Source of the DNA: an uncultured Acidimicrobiales bacterium
GTDB lineage: Bacteria; Actinomycetota; Acidimicrobiia; Acidimicrobiales; Aldehydirespiratoraceae
Direction: 5' to 3'
NCBI GenBank assembly: GCA_964533595.1
Contig: CAZHMP010000002.1
Coordinates: 5,000 to 68,999 of the forward strand
Length of the DNA stretch: 64,000 nt
The position numbers and the translations under genes were made by a program. Below the pieces are notes generated by a model. That model did no database searches and was not told where the DNA came from. It saw only the letters and a list, made by a program, of their open reading frames with translations. Of this stretch, positions 45,490 to 54,000 are shown piece by piece. Position 1 is the first letter of the stretch. Every line of letters starts with the position of its first letter.

Positions 45490-46668
45490 TCACGGAAGCA
45501 GGTTCAGTGAACCACGCAGATTTCGAACTGCCTGGTTGATTCTCTGCTCGTTCTCGATGAGGGCGAATCTCACATATCCCTCGCCACCGGGACCGAACCC
45601 GACGCCCGGAGAGGTTGCCACGTCGGCCTCCTTCACCAACATCGACGCGAACTCCACCGATCCCATGTGCGAGTACTGCTCGGGGATCGGTACCCACGCA
45701 AACATGGTGCCTCGTGGAGGCTCCATCTCCCAGCCGATCCGAGCGAGACCGTCACAAAGCGTGTCACGTCGGCTCTGATACACCTCACCAACTTCGGAGG
45801 GGTAGTCAACAGCCTCGTTGAGCGTGACGGTGGCGGCGATTTGAATCGGCTGGAATGTTCCGTAGTCGAGATACGACTTCAATTTGGCAAGCGCCGCAAC
45901 GATCTCAGCGTTTCCGACCATGTAAGCGATACGCCACCCCGCCATGGAGAAACTCTTGGTCATGGAGTAGAGCTCCACCGCCACTTCCTTGGCTCCCTCG
46001 GCCTCCAGGATCGAGGGAGGGCGGAAGCCGTCGAACCCCAACTCGGCGTAGGCAAAGTCATGGACGAGAATGATTTCGCGCTCGCGAGCGAAGTCGACGA
46101 CTCGCTGCATGAAGTCCAAATCGACGCATGTCGTGGTGGGATTGTGGGGAAATGACAGCACTATCACGCGTGGACGCGGCCACGAATATTCGAATCTCTC
46201 GGTGAGGGTGTCGAAGAAATCGTCCTGGTCATTTGTGAGCGGCATTTCTCTCACGTTTGCGCCGGCGAACAACGGCGCAAAGAGGTGGATCGGATACGAC
46301 GGCGAGGGCACCAACACCGCATCACCTGCCTGAAGCAGCACCCACATGAGGTGGCTGAATCCCTCCTTGGCTCCGATGGTCTGGATCACCTCGGTATCCG
46401 GGTCGATGTCGACCCCAAATCGACGCTGGTAGAGACCTGAGACCGCCTCCCGAAGCTTGGGAATGCCCCGGCTGGCCGAGTAGCGATGATTACGGGGGTT
46501 GTTGGCCGCTTCGCACAGCTTCGACACGGCAATATCGGGCGATGGCAGGTCGGGGTTTCCGAAGCCGAGATCGATCACATCATGGCCTGCTCGACGCGCC
46601 TCGACCTTCAACGAGTCGATGATGGTGAACACGTATGGGGGTAGGCCATTGATACGTCGGAATTCCAT
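45490..46668 (-). CDS. Class I/II pyridoxal-phosphate aminotransferase (AlaA/AspC-like)
   Basis: LPPYVF...DLGFGNPD, FPHNPTT and YSMTKSFSMAGWR (PLP Lys) motifs. Confidence 0.9.
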   Translation of the reverse strand: MEFRRINGLPPYVFTIIDSLKVEARRAGHDVIDLGFGNPDLPSPDIAVSKLCEAANNPRNHRYSASRGIPKLREAVSGLYQRRFGVDIDPDTEVIQTIGAKEGFSHLMWVLLQAGDAVLVPSPSYPIHLFAPLFAGANVREMPLTNDQDDFFDTLTERFEYSWPRPRVIVLSFPHNPTTTCVDLDFMQRVVDFAREREIILVHDFAYAELGFDGFRPPSILEAEGAKEVAVELYSMTKSFSMAGWRIAYMVGNAEIVAALAKLKSYLDYGTFQPIQIAATVTLNEAVDYPSEVGEVYQSRRDTLCDGLARIGWEMEPPRGTMFAWVPIPEQYSHMGSVEFASMLVKEADVATSPGVGFGPGGEGYVRFALIENEQRINQAVRNLRGSLNLLP

Positions 46669-46715
46669 GGCCTCACGCTACAGGGGCCACAGGGCACGGA
46701 TCTCGAAATCCTGAC

Positions 46716-48551
46716 TCAAGCGCCGGCGCCCCGTCTGATCACGCCGGCGCAATCAGGCCCCAGAGAATTCGCCCAGTGGATCGTCGACTCAGCATCCGTC
46801 ACCATGATCACTTGCGCACTGTCGGCCAAGTCCAAAATGGCGTCACGGCTCGCTTCGGAGCCCTCGCTGTCGATTACCACTATCGGGAGCGGCCCGGCCT
46901 CTCCCCTTATCACTGGGTCGTCGAGTTGGTCGACGATCTGATCGTGTTCCTCAGCCAATGACAGCCTGGTCGCCCTGACAACGTGCAATTCGATGCGAGC
47001 ATCAACCAGCGCACACATCGCGTCGGCCGACCGACGCATCTCGACCTCCGCATCGCGTACGTTCCGACGCTGCCGCTCGAGGCGATCCACCCTCGATGCG
47101 TCTCCCAACGCCTCGAGGGCTTCCATCTCGCTAATGCACCGTCGTCGATCGTGCGCGAGTCTCATCCTGGCCCCATCGGCATCGCGCAGCACCGCGAGCC
47201 AAGACTCTCCCAACACGACCAGGGCTTCGATCGATTCGAGTTGACCGTGAGTCGGACTACCACATTTGTCCAACTCATTGATGAGATTCTCGCCGGTCTC
47301 AGCAGGAGAAAGCGTCGACGAGAACGCATCGATTCTCACTTCGTCCAGGTCCCGGCGGAGCCGACCAATATCCGTGGTTGAACCGGGGCTGCGACCCAGG
47401 AGGCGCTGAGCAGCGTTGATGAGTTCGCCCAGTGCCACGTCGATCATCGCGAAGGAGGAATCTGAATCCATCCGCATCGCGATTTCGTCCAACTCACTCG
47501 TGGCTCGTTCGACCTCGACGACTGAGCGTTCGTAGGTCCTCAGACAATCTGGTGTTATCTGAACTTCGCCATTTCCCATTCGGTACTGAGACCAAGTGTC
47601 GTAGCCGATCGTCTCCAGAAGGGAGTCAAGTTCCGCTTGCAATTCTTCCATGCGCTTGCGCGCAGATCCGCGGCGCATTCCGGCCGTCGCCCTTTTGCGC
47701 TCTGAGAGAAGTTCGTCGTGGGCCCGCTCGATGGCTGTTGCTTCACGCTCCCCAACCGGACGGGGAATCGCATCCTCTTCTGCAGTCTTGAGCGCGGCTC
47801 GAGCAGATTCGAGCCGAGCCCGAGCAGCCACCACATCGAACCCCAGGAACCTGAATTTGACCTCGATGTCATTTCGTTGTGCGTGCAGTACCGCGAGTTC
47901 CTCCGACATCTGAGCCGCCTGCGGCATCGGTTCGTCGCTGTTGCTGACAGCCACCTTGGCGGTAGACGTCCGCGCCACGAGGTCCACTCTGTTCCCGCTC
48001 GGCAACTTGGCGATCTTGTCGTCGATACCCGCAACGGTCACATTGAGCTGGGTGATCCGCTCACCCACTCCGGACATGTCGGTCCAGGGATCCGGACGCC
48101 CCGCGACCTTCGCAGCGTGGAGTAGCACGCCGTCGGCTTCATCCAGTTTGTGGAATGCGTCGGAATCGATATTGCCCTGCGCCGCGGTGACACGCGCGTG
48201 CCTCTCCAAGGTCAAGGTTTCGGCGCTGGACAACTGTTCGACAATGTCATCTCTGCGTTCCCGCAGATGGTCACGCGAATCCGATTCGCTGTCGATGATT
48301 CTGTCGGCCGTCAGAATCAGAGCAGCGTCGGCCGTCTTTCCAAACCGCTCGCCAACTTCGTCGAGTGTTGCCTCAACTCCTTCGACATCCACGATGCCGT
48401 CCCACACGGGTGCATCGCCGATCGCCAGACTGTGGGCTGTCGACACCAACTCAATTCGTTCCGCGGGGAGTAGGCCGGAGATCACTGTGATCTTCGGGTG
48501 CAGCTGAATCTCCGGTCCACCGGACCGTGGCCACAGAACCTTTATTTGCAT
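46716..48551 (-). CDS. Hypothetical 611-aa coiled-coil protein with SMC/RecN-like layout but degenerate nucleotide-binding motifs
   Basis: The N-terminus QLHPKITVISGLLPAERIEL sits where a P-loop would be, but there is no GK[ST]. A long Arg/Glu/Ala/Leu-rich middle follows. The C-terminus has RLSLAEEH and then, 31 aa later, PIVVIDSEG...SAQVIMVTD. Confidence 0.6.
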   Translation of the reverse strand: MQIKVLWPRSGGPEIQLHPKITVISGLLPAERIELVSTAHSLAIGDAPVWDGIVDVEGVEATLDEVGERFGKTADAALILTADRIIDSESDSRDHLRERRDDIVEQLSSAETLTLERHARVTAAQGNIDSDAFHKLDEADGVLLHAAKVAGRPDPWTDMSGVGERITQLNVTVAGIDDKIAKLPSGNRVDLVARTSTAKVAVSNSDEPMPQAAQMSEELAVLHAQRNDIEVKFRFLGFDVVAARARLESARAALKTAEEDAIPRPVGEREATAIERAHDELLSERKRATAGMRRGSARKRMEELQAELDSLLETIGYDTWSQYRMGNGEVQITPDCLRTYERSVVEVERATSELDEIAMRMDSDSSFAMIDVALGELINAAQRLLGRSPGSTTDIGRLRRDLDEVRIDAFSSTLSPAETGENLINELDKCGSPTHGQLESIEALVVLGESWLAVLRDADGARMRLAHDRRRCISEMEALEALGDASRVDRLERQRRNVRDAEVEMRRSADAMCALVDARIELHVVRATRLSLAEEHDQIVDQLDDPVIRGEAGPLPIVVIDSEGSEASRDAILDLADSAQVIMVTDAESTIHWANSLGPDCAGVIRRGAGA

Positions 48552-48594
48552 CCATTTCCCTGTCGGCAGGAATACCGACGCCTAAAGAACGAGA

Positions 48595-48852
48595 TCAGAC
48601 ATCCTTCGGCGGAGGATCCGACCGACCGGATTGATCACTGAAGCCGCTGGTGAACGCGTCGAACAGTCCCTTTCCGCCGGCAACAGCCTGATTGAACGCG
48701 CTTGGGTCGGAAACCACCTTCTCCGCCGCCACCAGCAGCGATTTCAATGAATCGAGTACGGCTGTTGCTGCCTCTCGCATCTCATCGAGGGCTTCGGACC
48801 CACCATCGTTGCTCTCGGATTCATGGATATCCCCTGCGGGGCCTTCGCTCAC
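48595..48852 (-). CDS. Hypothetical acidic 85-aa protein
   Basis: The GTG start forms a GTGA overlap with the SRPBCC stop. The product has an acidic N-terminus, one predicted amphipathic helix and no recognised family. Confidence 0.5.
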   Translation of the reverse strand: MSEGPAGDIHESESNDGGSEALDEMREAATAVLDSLKSLLVAAEKVVSDPSAFNQAVAGGKGLFDAFTSGFSDQSGRSDPPPKDV

Positions 48853-49301
48853 TTGGCCCTGCCCTCGACGAAGCAGGTGAAATCCTCGAGTGCGGTTCGA
48901 AGCAGACGAGCTTCGGCTCGACGTTTGACGAACCCCGGAATGGGAACCGACAGATCGACCGCCAGGTGGTAGACGACCTCAGTCCTGGACGGATCGCCCT
49001 TGACCGGGAGAAATTCATACTCGCCGTCAAGTCGTTTGGTGACATCACCGGCCTGGAGGCGCCAGGCCAGTCGACGCGGATTGGATCCGTAGAAATATCG
49101 CAACGTGTATGTGGTACTGCGACCCATCGCCGCGGCCCGGAACTCCACATCTACCGCTCGACCCTGATCGTCGCGCGACAACACCCGCGACATCTTCACG
49201 TCGGATGCCCATTCGGGATAGCGCTCAAAGTCGATCGCGGCATCAAAACACTGATCTGGCGTGGCGGTCACCGTGGTGCGCTCAGTGGCTTGATCGACCA
49301 T
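48849..49301 (-). CDS. SRPBCC (START/polyketide cyclase-like) family protein
   Basis: 150 aa; TVTATPDQCFDAAIDFERYPEWASDV is typical of the SRPBCC ligand-binding fold. Confidence 0.8.
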   Translation of the reverse strand: MVDQATERTTVTATPDQCFDAAIDFERYPEWASDVKMSRVLSRDDQGRAVDVEFRAAAMGRSTTYTLRYFYGSNPRRLAWRLQAGDVTKRLDGEYEFLPVKGDPSRTEVVYHLAVDLSVPIPGFVKRRAEARLLRTALEDFTCFVEGRAK

Positions 49302-49361
49302 GTTCGAATCGCTCCTCGTGTCTGTGATCGTGACACTAACAAGTGAATTACCGCGCAGGCT

Positions 49362-49841
49362 TCAATCTGAAGGGCTACGCACTCCAAAGATACCGAACTT
49401 TGCTCCCCAGAGGCCGGCCATTGCCAGTCCGAGCATCGGGGCGAGCGCTCCGAATGCGAGTGTGGTGAATATTCTCAGCGATGCCGTCGCGAGTCCGACC
49501 ACAATCTGCAAGGCCACTGACCCCATCAGATGCGCCCGGACACGCGTCGGGGCGGAGCCGGCCAGGAAGAAGAGCCCCCCAATTCCAATGGCGTCGGTGC
49601 GACTTCGGCCAACGGCGATCGCGAAGGCCCAGAGAAACACGACGCAGCCAGAACCGAACATGGCCAGTGCCACGACGAGGGCGGGCCACCTCAGAAATCC
49701 CGGACTCAGTGCAGCTGCAATCGCAGTGATGCTGAAAGCCAGCGTGGACCACCATGAACCGCGAACAATCCAGCGCCCCTCAAAACTGTCCGACTCATGG
49801 GCATTCGCATCGACACGATCGCCAGCACCAGACGTGCTCAT
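49362..49841 (-). CDS. Hypothetical integral membrane protein
   Basis: Four predicted TM helices. The start overlaps the upstream GT4 stop by 4 nt. Confidence 0.6.
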   Translation of the reverse strand: MSTSGAGDRVDANAHESDSFEGRWIVRGSWWSTLAFSITAIAAALSPGFLRWPALVVALAMFGSGCVVFLWAFAIAVGRSRTDAIGIGGLFFLAGSAPTRVRAHLMGSVALQIVVGLATASLRIFTTLAFGALAPMLGLAMAGLWGAKFGIFGVRSPSD

Positions 49842-50968
49842 GACTGCGACATTTCATCAATGGCGGCTGCCAGCCGATTGGCGAGCACCTCGTAGGAGAA
49901 CTCTGCCACCGCACGCGCGCGGGAAGCATCTGCCATTCGGGCTCGTCGGGACGGATCTGACAGCAGCTCACCAATCGCCTTGGCGGCCCCCACGACATCT
50001 TCCGGGTCGTCGACTATCAGGCCGGTCGTGCCGTGGGCCACAGCTTCATGGGCGCCACCGCTGCGGCCTGCCACTTGGGCCACGCCGGCCGCTGCCGCCT
50101 CCAGAAACACTATGCCGAAGCCTTCCTGCTCGAGGCCGCCCCAGCGGGTTCGGCACAGCATCGTGAAGACGTCACTGATGCCATAGAGCGAAGGCATTTC
50201 GTCGTCATCGACCCGACCGAGCAATCGCACCGGAGCGTCGAGCTTCTCGATGAGAGCCGCCAATCGCTTGGAGTCTCTGCCATTTCCGGCGATGGCAACG
50301 GTGAGATCGGGGTGGGATCGTTGAATTTCCACGGATGCTCGAATCAGCGTGTCCATTCCCTTTCGTGGCACCAGACGCGACACCGACAACACCAAAGGAC
50401 CACCGGACGGAAGCCCGAGACGCACACGTGCTGCGGCACGTTGCGAGTCGTCAAGTGGAACGAATCGATCCACATCCACCCCCGGTGGAACGACGGTGGT
50501 GGGCAAAGACCTCCCGATTGCCCGCTCTGCCTCCGCCGCCGGGTAACCGCCCGCCGCAATCACCCCGACAGATTTGTCGAGAACCCGCGACAACAATTGG
50601 CGACTGATCGGCAACCGCCCTGGGATCGTGACCTCGGCACCATGAAGAATCACTCCGTATCGGTGTCGAAGGTGAGGCCCGATAAGACCTGCGGGAACTG
50701 CGGGATCAATCAACACCAGGTCGGCATCGAATCTGTCGGCCAGCTGGTCGACTCGCCGTGCGAGCACAGGGTTGGGGAAGAGCCAGGGCTCCCGACTGCG
50801 CACGACAGTGAAATCTTGCTGAGCGTCGAATTCCGCCGCACCCCTGTAGGGAGTGGTGTGGACCACGACGTCCTCTGGCGACAGGCGACGCCAGAGTTCC
50901 CACAAGTAGTTCTGAATCCCACCAATTTTTGGAGGAAAATCGTTGGTGACAAGCAGATGGCGGGCCAC
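49838..50968 (-). CDS. pimB: GT4 glycosyltransferase, PimB'-like mannosyltransferase
   Basis: The N-terminus HLLVTNDFPPKIGGIQNYLWEL closely matches mycobacterial PimB' (LLVTNDFPP..GGIQ.YL). A C-terminal EGFGIVFLEA motif is also present. Confidence 0.8.
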   Translation of the reverse strand: MARHLLVTNDFPPKIGGIQNYLWELWRRLSPEDVVVHTTPYRGAAEFDAQQDFTVVRSREPWLFPNPVLARRVDQLADRFDADLVLIDPAVPAGLIGPHLRHRYGVILHGAEVTIPGRLPISRQLLSRVLDKSVGVIAAGGYPAAEAERAIGRSLPTTVVPPGVDVDRFVPLDDSQRAAARVRLGLPSGGPLVLSVSRLVPRKGMDTLIRASVEIQRSHPDLTVAIAGNGRDSKRLAALIEKLDAPVRLLGRVDDDEMPSLYGISDVFTMLCRTRWGGLEQEGFGIVFLEAAAAGVAQVAGRSGGAHEAVAHGTTGLIVDDPEDVVGAAKAIGELLSDPSRRARMADASRARAVAEFSYEVLANRLAAAIDEMSQS

Positions 50969-50980
50969 AGCGAAAGAACT

Positions 50981-52024
50981 CTAGGCCGCGGTGGGCTCGG
51001 TTGGTATGCCGAGCTTCAGCGCGGCCCACTCGGCGTGCGATCGAACCACATTGTCGGTGTGTTGCAGTGATGACCGCACCACGTCCCTGGTTGACGGATC
51101 GGTGCCGTCTCCGATGTTGCCGAGCACAACCAGCGCGTTGCGGCGAAGCACGTTGGGGTCGCGTCGAGGTATGTACCACCGGCCGTACTCGTTCATCAGC
51201 GACTCGTCATCGAGGCGAAGCATCTCAATGATCGAGACCCATGCCTGACCAGATCCAGGGGCGGTGGGGCGACGAAGCCGCAACTGATTGGGAGGGCACA
51301 CATCCTGGCAGTCGTCGCATCCGTATATCCGATCACCGAGCGCCGCTCGGAACTCCATCGGGAAATCGCCACCAAGCTGAAGCAGCCACGACAGACAGCG
51401 CCGAGCATCAACCACACCAGGGGCGATGATCGCGTTCGTAGGACAGCCTGAGATGCACTTGGTGCAAGTGCCACATTGATCTGCGATCGGCTCAGCCTCA
51501 TTTCCGCGAATCTCCGCATCGGTCATCACAGCACCGAGGACCACCATGCTTCCCATACCGGGTATGAGAATGTTGGAACTCTTTCCCCACCATCCGAGAC
51601 CGGCCCGGTAAGCCACGGCCCGGTCCACGAGATTGTTTTGGTCGGCGAACACCTGCGCACGGTGCCCGCTGTCTCTCAGTTGCTTTGCCACGACCTCCAG
51701 CGCGTCACGAAGATCGGCGTAGTGGTCGGTCCACGAGTACGAAGCCACTCTCCCAACCGGACCGATATCGGGACGTTGCGGAGCGGAATGAGCGAATTCA
51801 AGCGCACCCACGATCAGAGATCGTGCCTCTGGCATCGTCACGGACGGATTGGTGGAGCGGCGTGGGTTGCGGTAGGTGAATTCGATTCCGCCGTGAAGGC
51901 CCAAGGACTTTCTCTCGACCAGATCATCCAATGCGCGCGGAAAGGCTGCGGCATCAGTGACCCCGACGGCGCAGAGCCCTGCATCGACCCCCGCACTCTC
52001 CAGGTCCTGCCACTCGACGGTCAT
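50981..52024 (-). CDS. queG: Epoxyqueuosine reductase QueG
   Basis: DUF1730-like N-terminus, the ferredoxin motifs CGTCTKCISGCPTNAI and CDDCQDVCPPN, and a HEAT-like C-terminal tail. Confidence 0.88.
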   Translation of the reverse strand: MTVEWQDLESAGVDAGLCAVGVTDAAAFPRALDDLVERKSLGLHGGIEFTYRNPRRSTNPSVTMPEARSLIVGALEFAHSAPQRPDIGPVGRVASYSWTDHYADLRDALEVVAKQLRDSGHRAQVFADQNNLVDRAVAYRAGLGWWGKSSNILIPGMGSMVVLGAVMTDAEIRGNEAEPIADQCGTCTKCISGCPTNAIIAPGVVDARRCLSWLLQLGGDFPMEFRAALGDRIYGCDDCQDVCPPNQLRLRRPTAPGSGQAWVSIIEMLRLDDESLMNEYGRWYIPRRDPNVLRRNALVVLGNIGDGTDPSTRDVVRSSLQHTDNVVRSHAEWAALKLGIPTEPTAA

Positions 52025-52053
52025 GGTGCCATCGTGACATGGAAGACGGCGTT

Positions 52054-52338
52054 TCAGGCGACTGGCTCCTCACATTGGAATCTGGAGCCTGGCACCAGTC
52101 CGGCTTCCGCGAGAAGTTCCATCGCCCTCACCTCCTCGTCGCCAAGCTCAATCGGACGGCCGATCTCGCGATCAACGATGTAGCTCACGACGCAATCGGC
52201 GCAAGCGCTGGTGTGGTTCATGGCGCACTCGTTGCAATCGATGCTCAGGATCGAATCAGCCGACTCGACGTGGTCGGCCACGAGTCTCAGATGTTGTCGG
52301 TTACTCATGTGACCGAGAATACGGATGGGGTGTGACAT
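52054..52338 (-). CDS. Small Cys-rich hypothetical protein
   Basis: The ATG at 52338 is preceded by GAAGGCAGGGGG. The 94-aa product carries CNEC-x7-C-x2-C, a putative metal-binding site. It lies 29 nt upstream of queG. Confidence 0.5.
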   Translation of the reverse strand: MSHPIRILGHMSNRQHLRLVADHVESADSILSIDCNECAMNHTSACADCVVSYIVDREIGRPIELGDEEVRAMELLAEAGLVPGSRFQCEEPVA

Positions 52339-52395
52339 CCCCCTGCCTTCTCGACTCGGGTTGACATCGAACGTTTGTTCGATCAATCATCTGGC

Positions 52396-54000
52396 ATGCA
52401 ATTCGTGCACCAGCGGAGTTTCGAAGAGATGGGAACGCCCCTACAAGATGTCACGTTCTGTGTAATCGACCTCGAAACCACCGGCACTTCTCCCGGAGCG
52501 TCGATGATCACCGAAATCGGTGCAGTGAAGCTGAGAGGCGGAGAGTGCCTGGGCACCTATCAGACACTCGTCGACCCAGGCTGCGCCATTCCACCCCAGA
52601 TCACCTTGATCACCGGAATCACGGAATCGATGGTGGCAAATGCTCCCCGTATCGAATCGGTCACTCCGTCCCTGCTCGAATTCATTGGCGATTCGGTGAT
52701 TGTCGGACACAACGTCAGATTCGATGTGTCGTTCATCAATGCCACTCTCGATGCACAGCAACGCCCCCGATTGCCCAATCGTCGGATCGACACGCTCGGA
52801 CTCGCTCGTCGACTACTTCGTTTCGAGGTGGCCAACTGCAAGCTCGGCACACTGGCCTCGAGATTCCGGCTCACCAATCAGCCCAGCCATCGCGCCCTTG
52901 ACGACGCTCTGGCCACTGGAGACTTGCTCCACCTCTTGATCGAACGATCCACTGCGTTGGGCGCCACCGGGCTTGACGATCTGTCATCCCTGCCCACGAT
53001 GAGCGGCGGCCCACATGCGGCCAAGCTGAAACTCACCAACGATCTTCCCAGGGCACCTGGCATCTACGCGTTTCGCGGCCGACACGGTCGAGTTCTATAT
53101 GTGGGAAAGGCCGCCAATATTCGGTCTCGTGTTCGAAGCTATTTTTCCACTGATCAACGCCGCAAGGTCGTGCAGTTGCTTCGCGAAACTGCTCGCATCG
53201 ATCACATGGTGTGTCAGAACGGACTAGAAGCGGCCGTGGCGGAAATTCGCTTGATCCACCGACTCCTCCCCCGGTTCAACCAGCAGGGCACCACCAGCAG
53301 TCGCTACCCATACGTGAAGTTGGTGACTCGAGGAAGGCAGCCACGCCTCATCGTCACCTCCAAGCTCGGTACCGACGACAACATCTACTTGGGTCCGGTT
53401 GCGTCGAGAAAACGAGCACGCCTCCTGATCGATGCACTCGAGTCAACGTTGCCTCTCGGGTGTTCGGCCCGCGATATCCCACCCCCTCAGCTCCAGGAAA
53501 TAGCACTCGGAATGCGCTCCGAGCCCGACCTTCTCCTGGCACCGCTACGAGCAAAGATCCACTCGCTTTCCACCACCGAGAGATATGAGAAGGCAGCCGC
53601 GGTGCGCGACATGGCCGCGGCCCTTTCAGCGGCTCTCAACCGAAAACGCCTGTTCGAAATGATGATGTCGGCCGATGAATTCAGCTTCACCTACCGCGGT
53701 GCGACGATGCACGTTGATCGAGGTCGGCTTATGCGTATTGAATGTCGGGGGTCAACCGACCTCGGCGTCGGCGATCCACCAGATCCGCCATCGAGGATCA
53801 CCGACCCGCCACATCGCGAGTCGGCCGACGAAATGCTCTGCGTCGCGAAGTGGATTGGCGCAAACGCCGGAGAGATCCACCTCGAGTCGGTGACCGGAGT
53901 GCTGGCGCAACCTGCTGATCGGCTCGATCAATTCCAACCGAGTCAGCCCGATCAACCGCGTCGGATCGTGAGCCGGCGCGTATCAGCCGGCGGCCACTAG
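52396..54000 (+). CDS. DEDD 3'-5' exonuclease domain fused to a GIY-YIG nuclease domain
   Basis: VIDLETTG, GHNVRFDVSF and HRALDDA (DnaQ-like ExoI-III), followed by PGIYAFRGRHGRVLYVGKAANIRSRVRSYF (GIY-YIG). The architecture matches mycobacterial Rv2191. The start is the ATG at 52396 or the TTG at 52375. Confidence 0.85.
   Translation: MQFVHQRSFEEMGTPLQDVTFCVIDLETTGTSPGASMITEIGAVKLRGGECLGTYQTLVDPGCAIPPQITLITGITESMVANAPRIESVTPSLLEFIGDSVIVGHNVRFDVSFINATLDAQQRPRLPNRRIDTLGLARRLLRFEVANCKLGTLASRFRLTNQPSHRALDDALATGDLLHLLIERSTALGATGLDDLSSLPTMSGGPHAAKLKLTNDLPRAPGIYAFRGRHGRVLYVGKAANIRSRVRSYFSTDQRRKVVQLLRETARIDHMVCQNGLEAAVAEIRLIHRLLPRFNQQGTTSSRYPYVKLVTRGRQPRLIVTSKLGTDDNIYLGPVASRKRARLLIDALESTLPLGCSARDIPPPQLQEIALGMRSEPDLLLAPLRAKIHSLSTTERYEKAAAVRDMAAALSAALNRKRLFEMMMSADEFSFTYRGATMHVDRGRLMRIECRGSTDLGVGDPPDPPSRITDPPHRESADEMLCVAKWIGANAGEIHLESVTGVLAQPADRLDQFQPSQPDQPRRIVSRRVSAGGH

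Noticed and set aside
50033-51070. 345-aa plus-strand ORF
   Set aside because: It is antisense to the pimB-like GT4 and the queG 3' end, with no recognisable domain. I treat it as a GC-driven shadow ORF.
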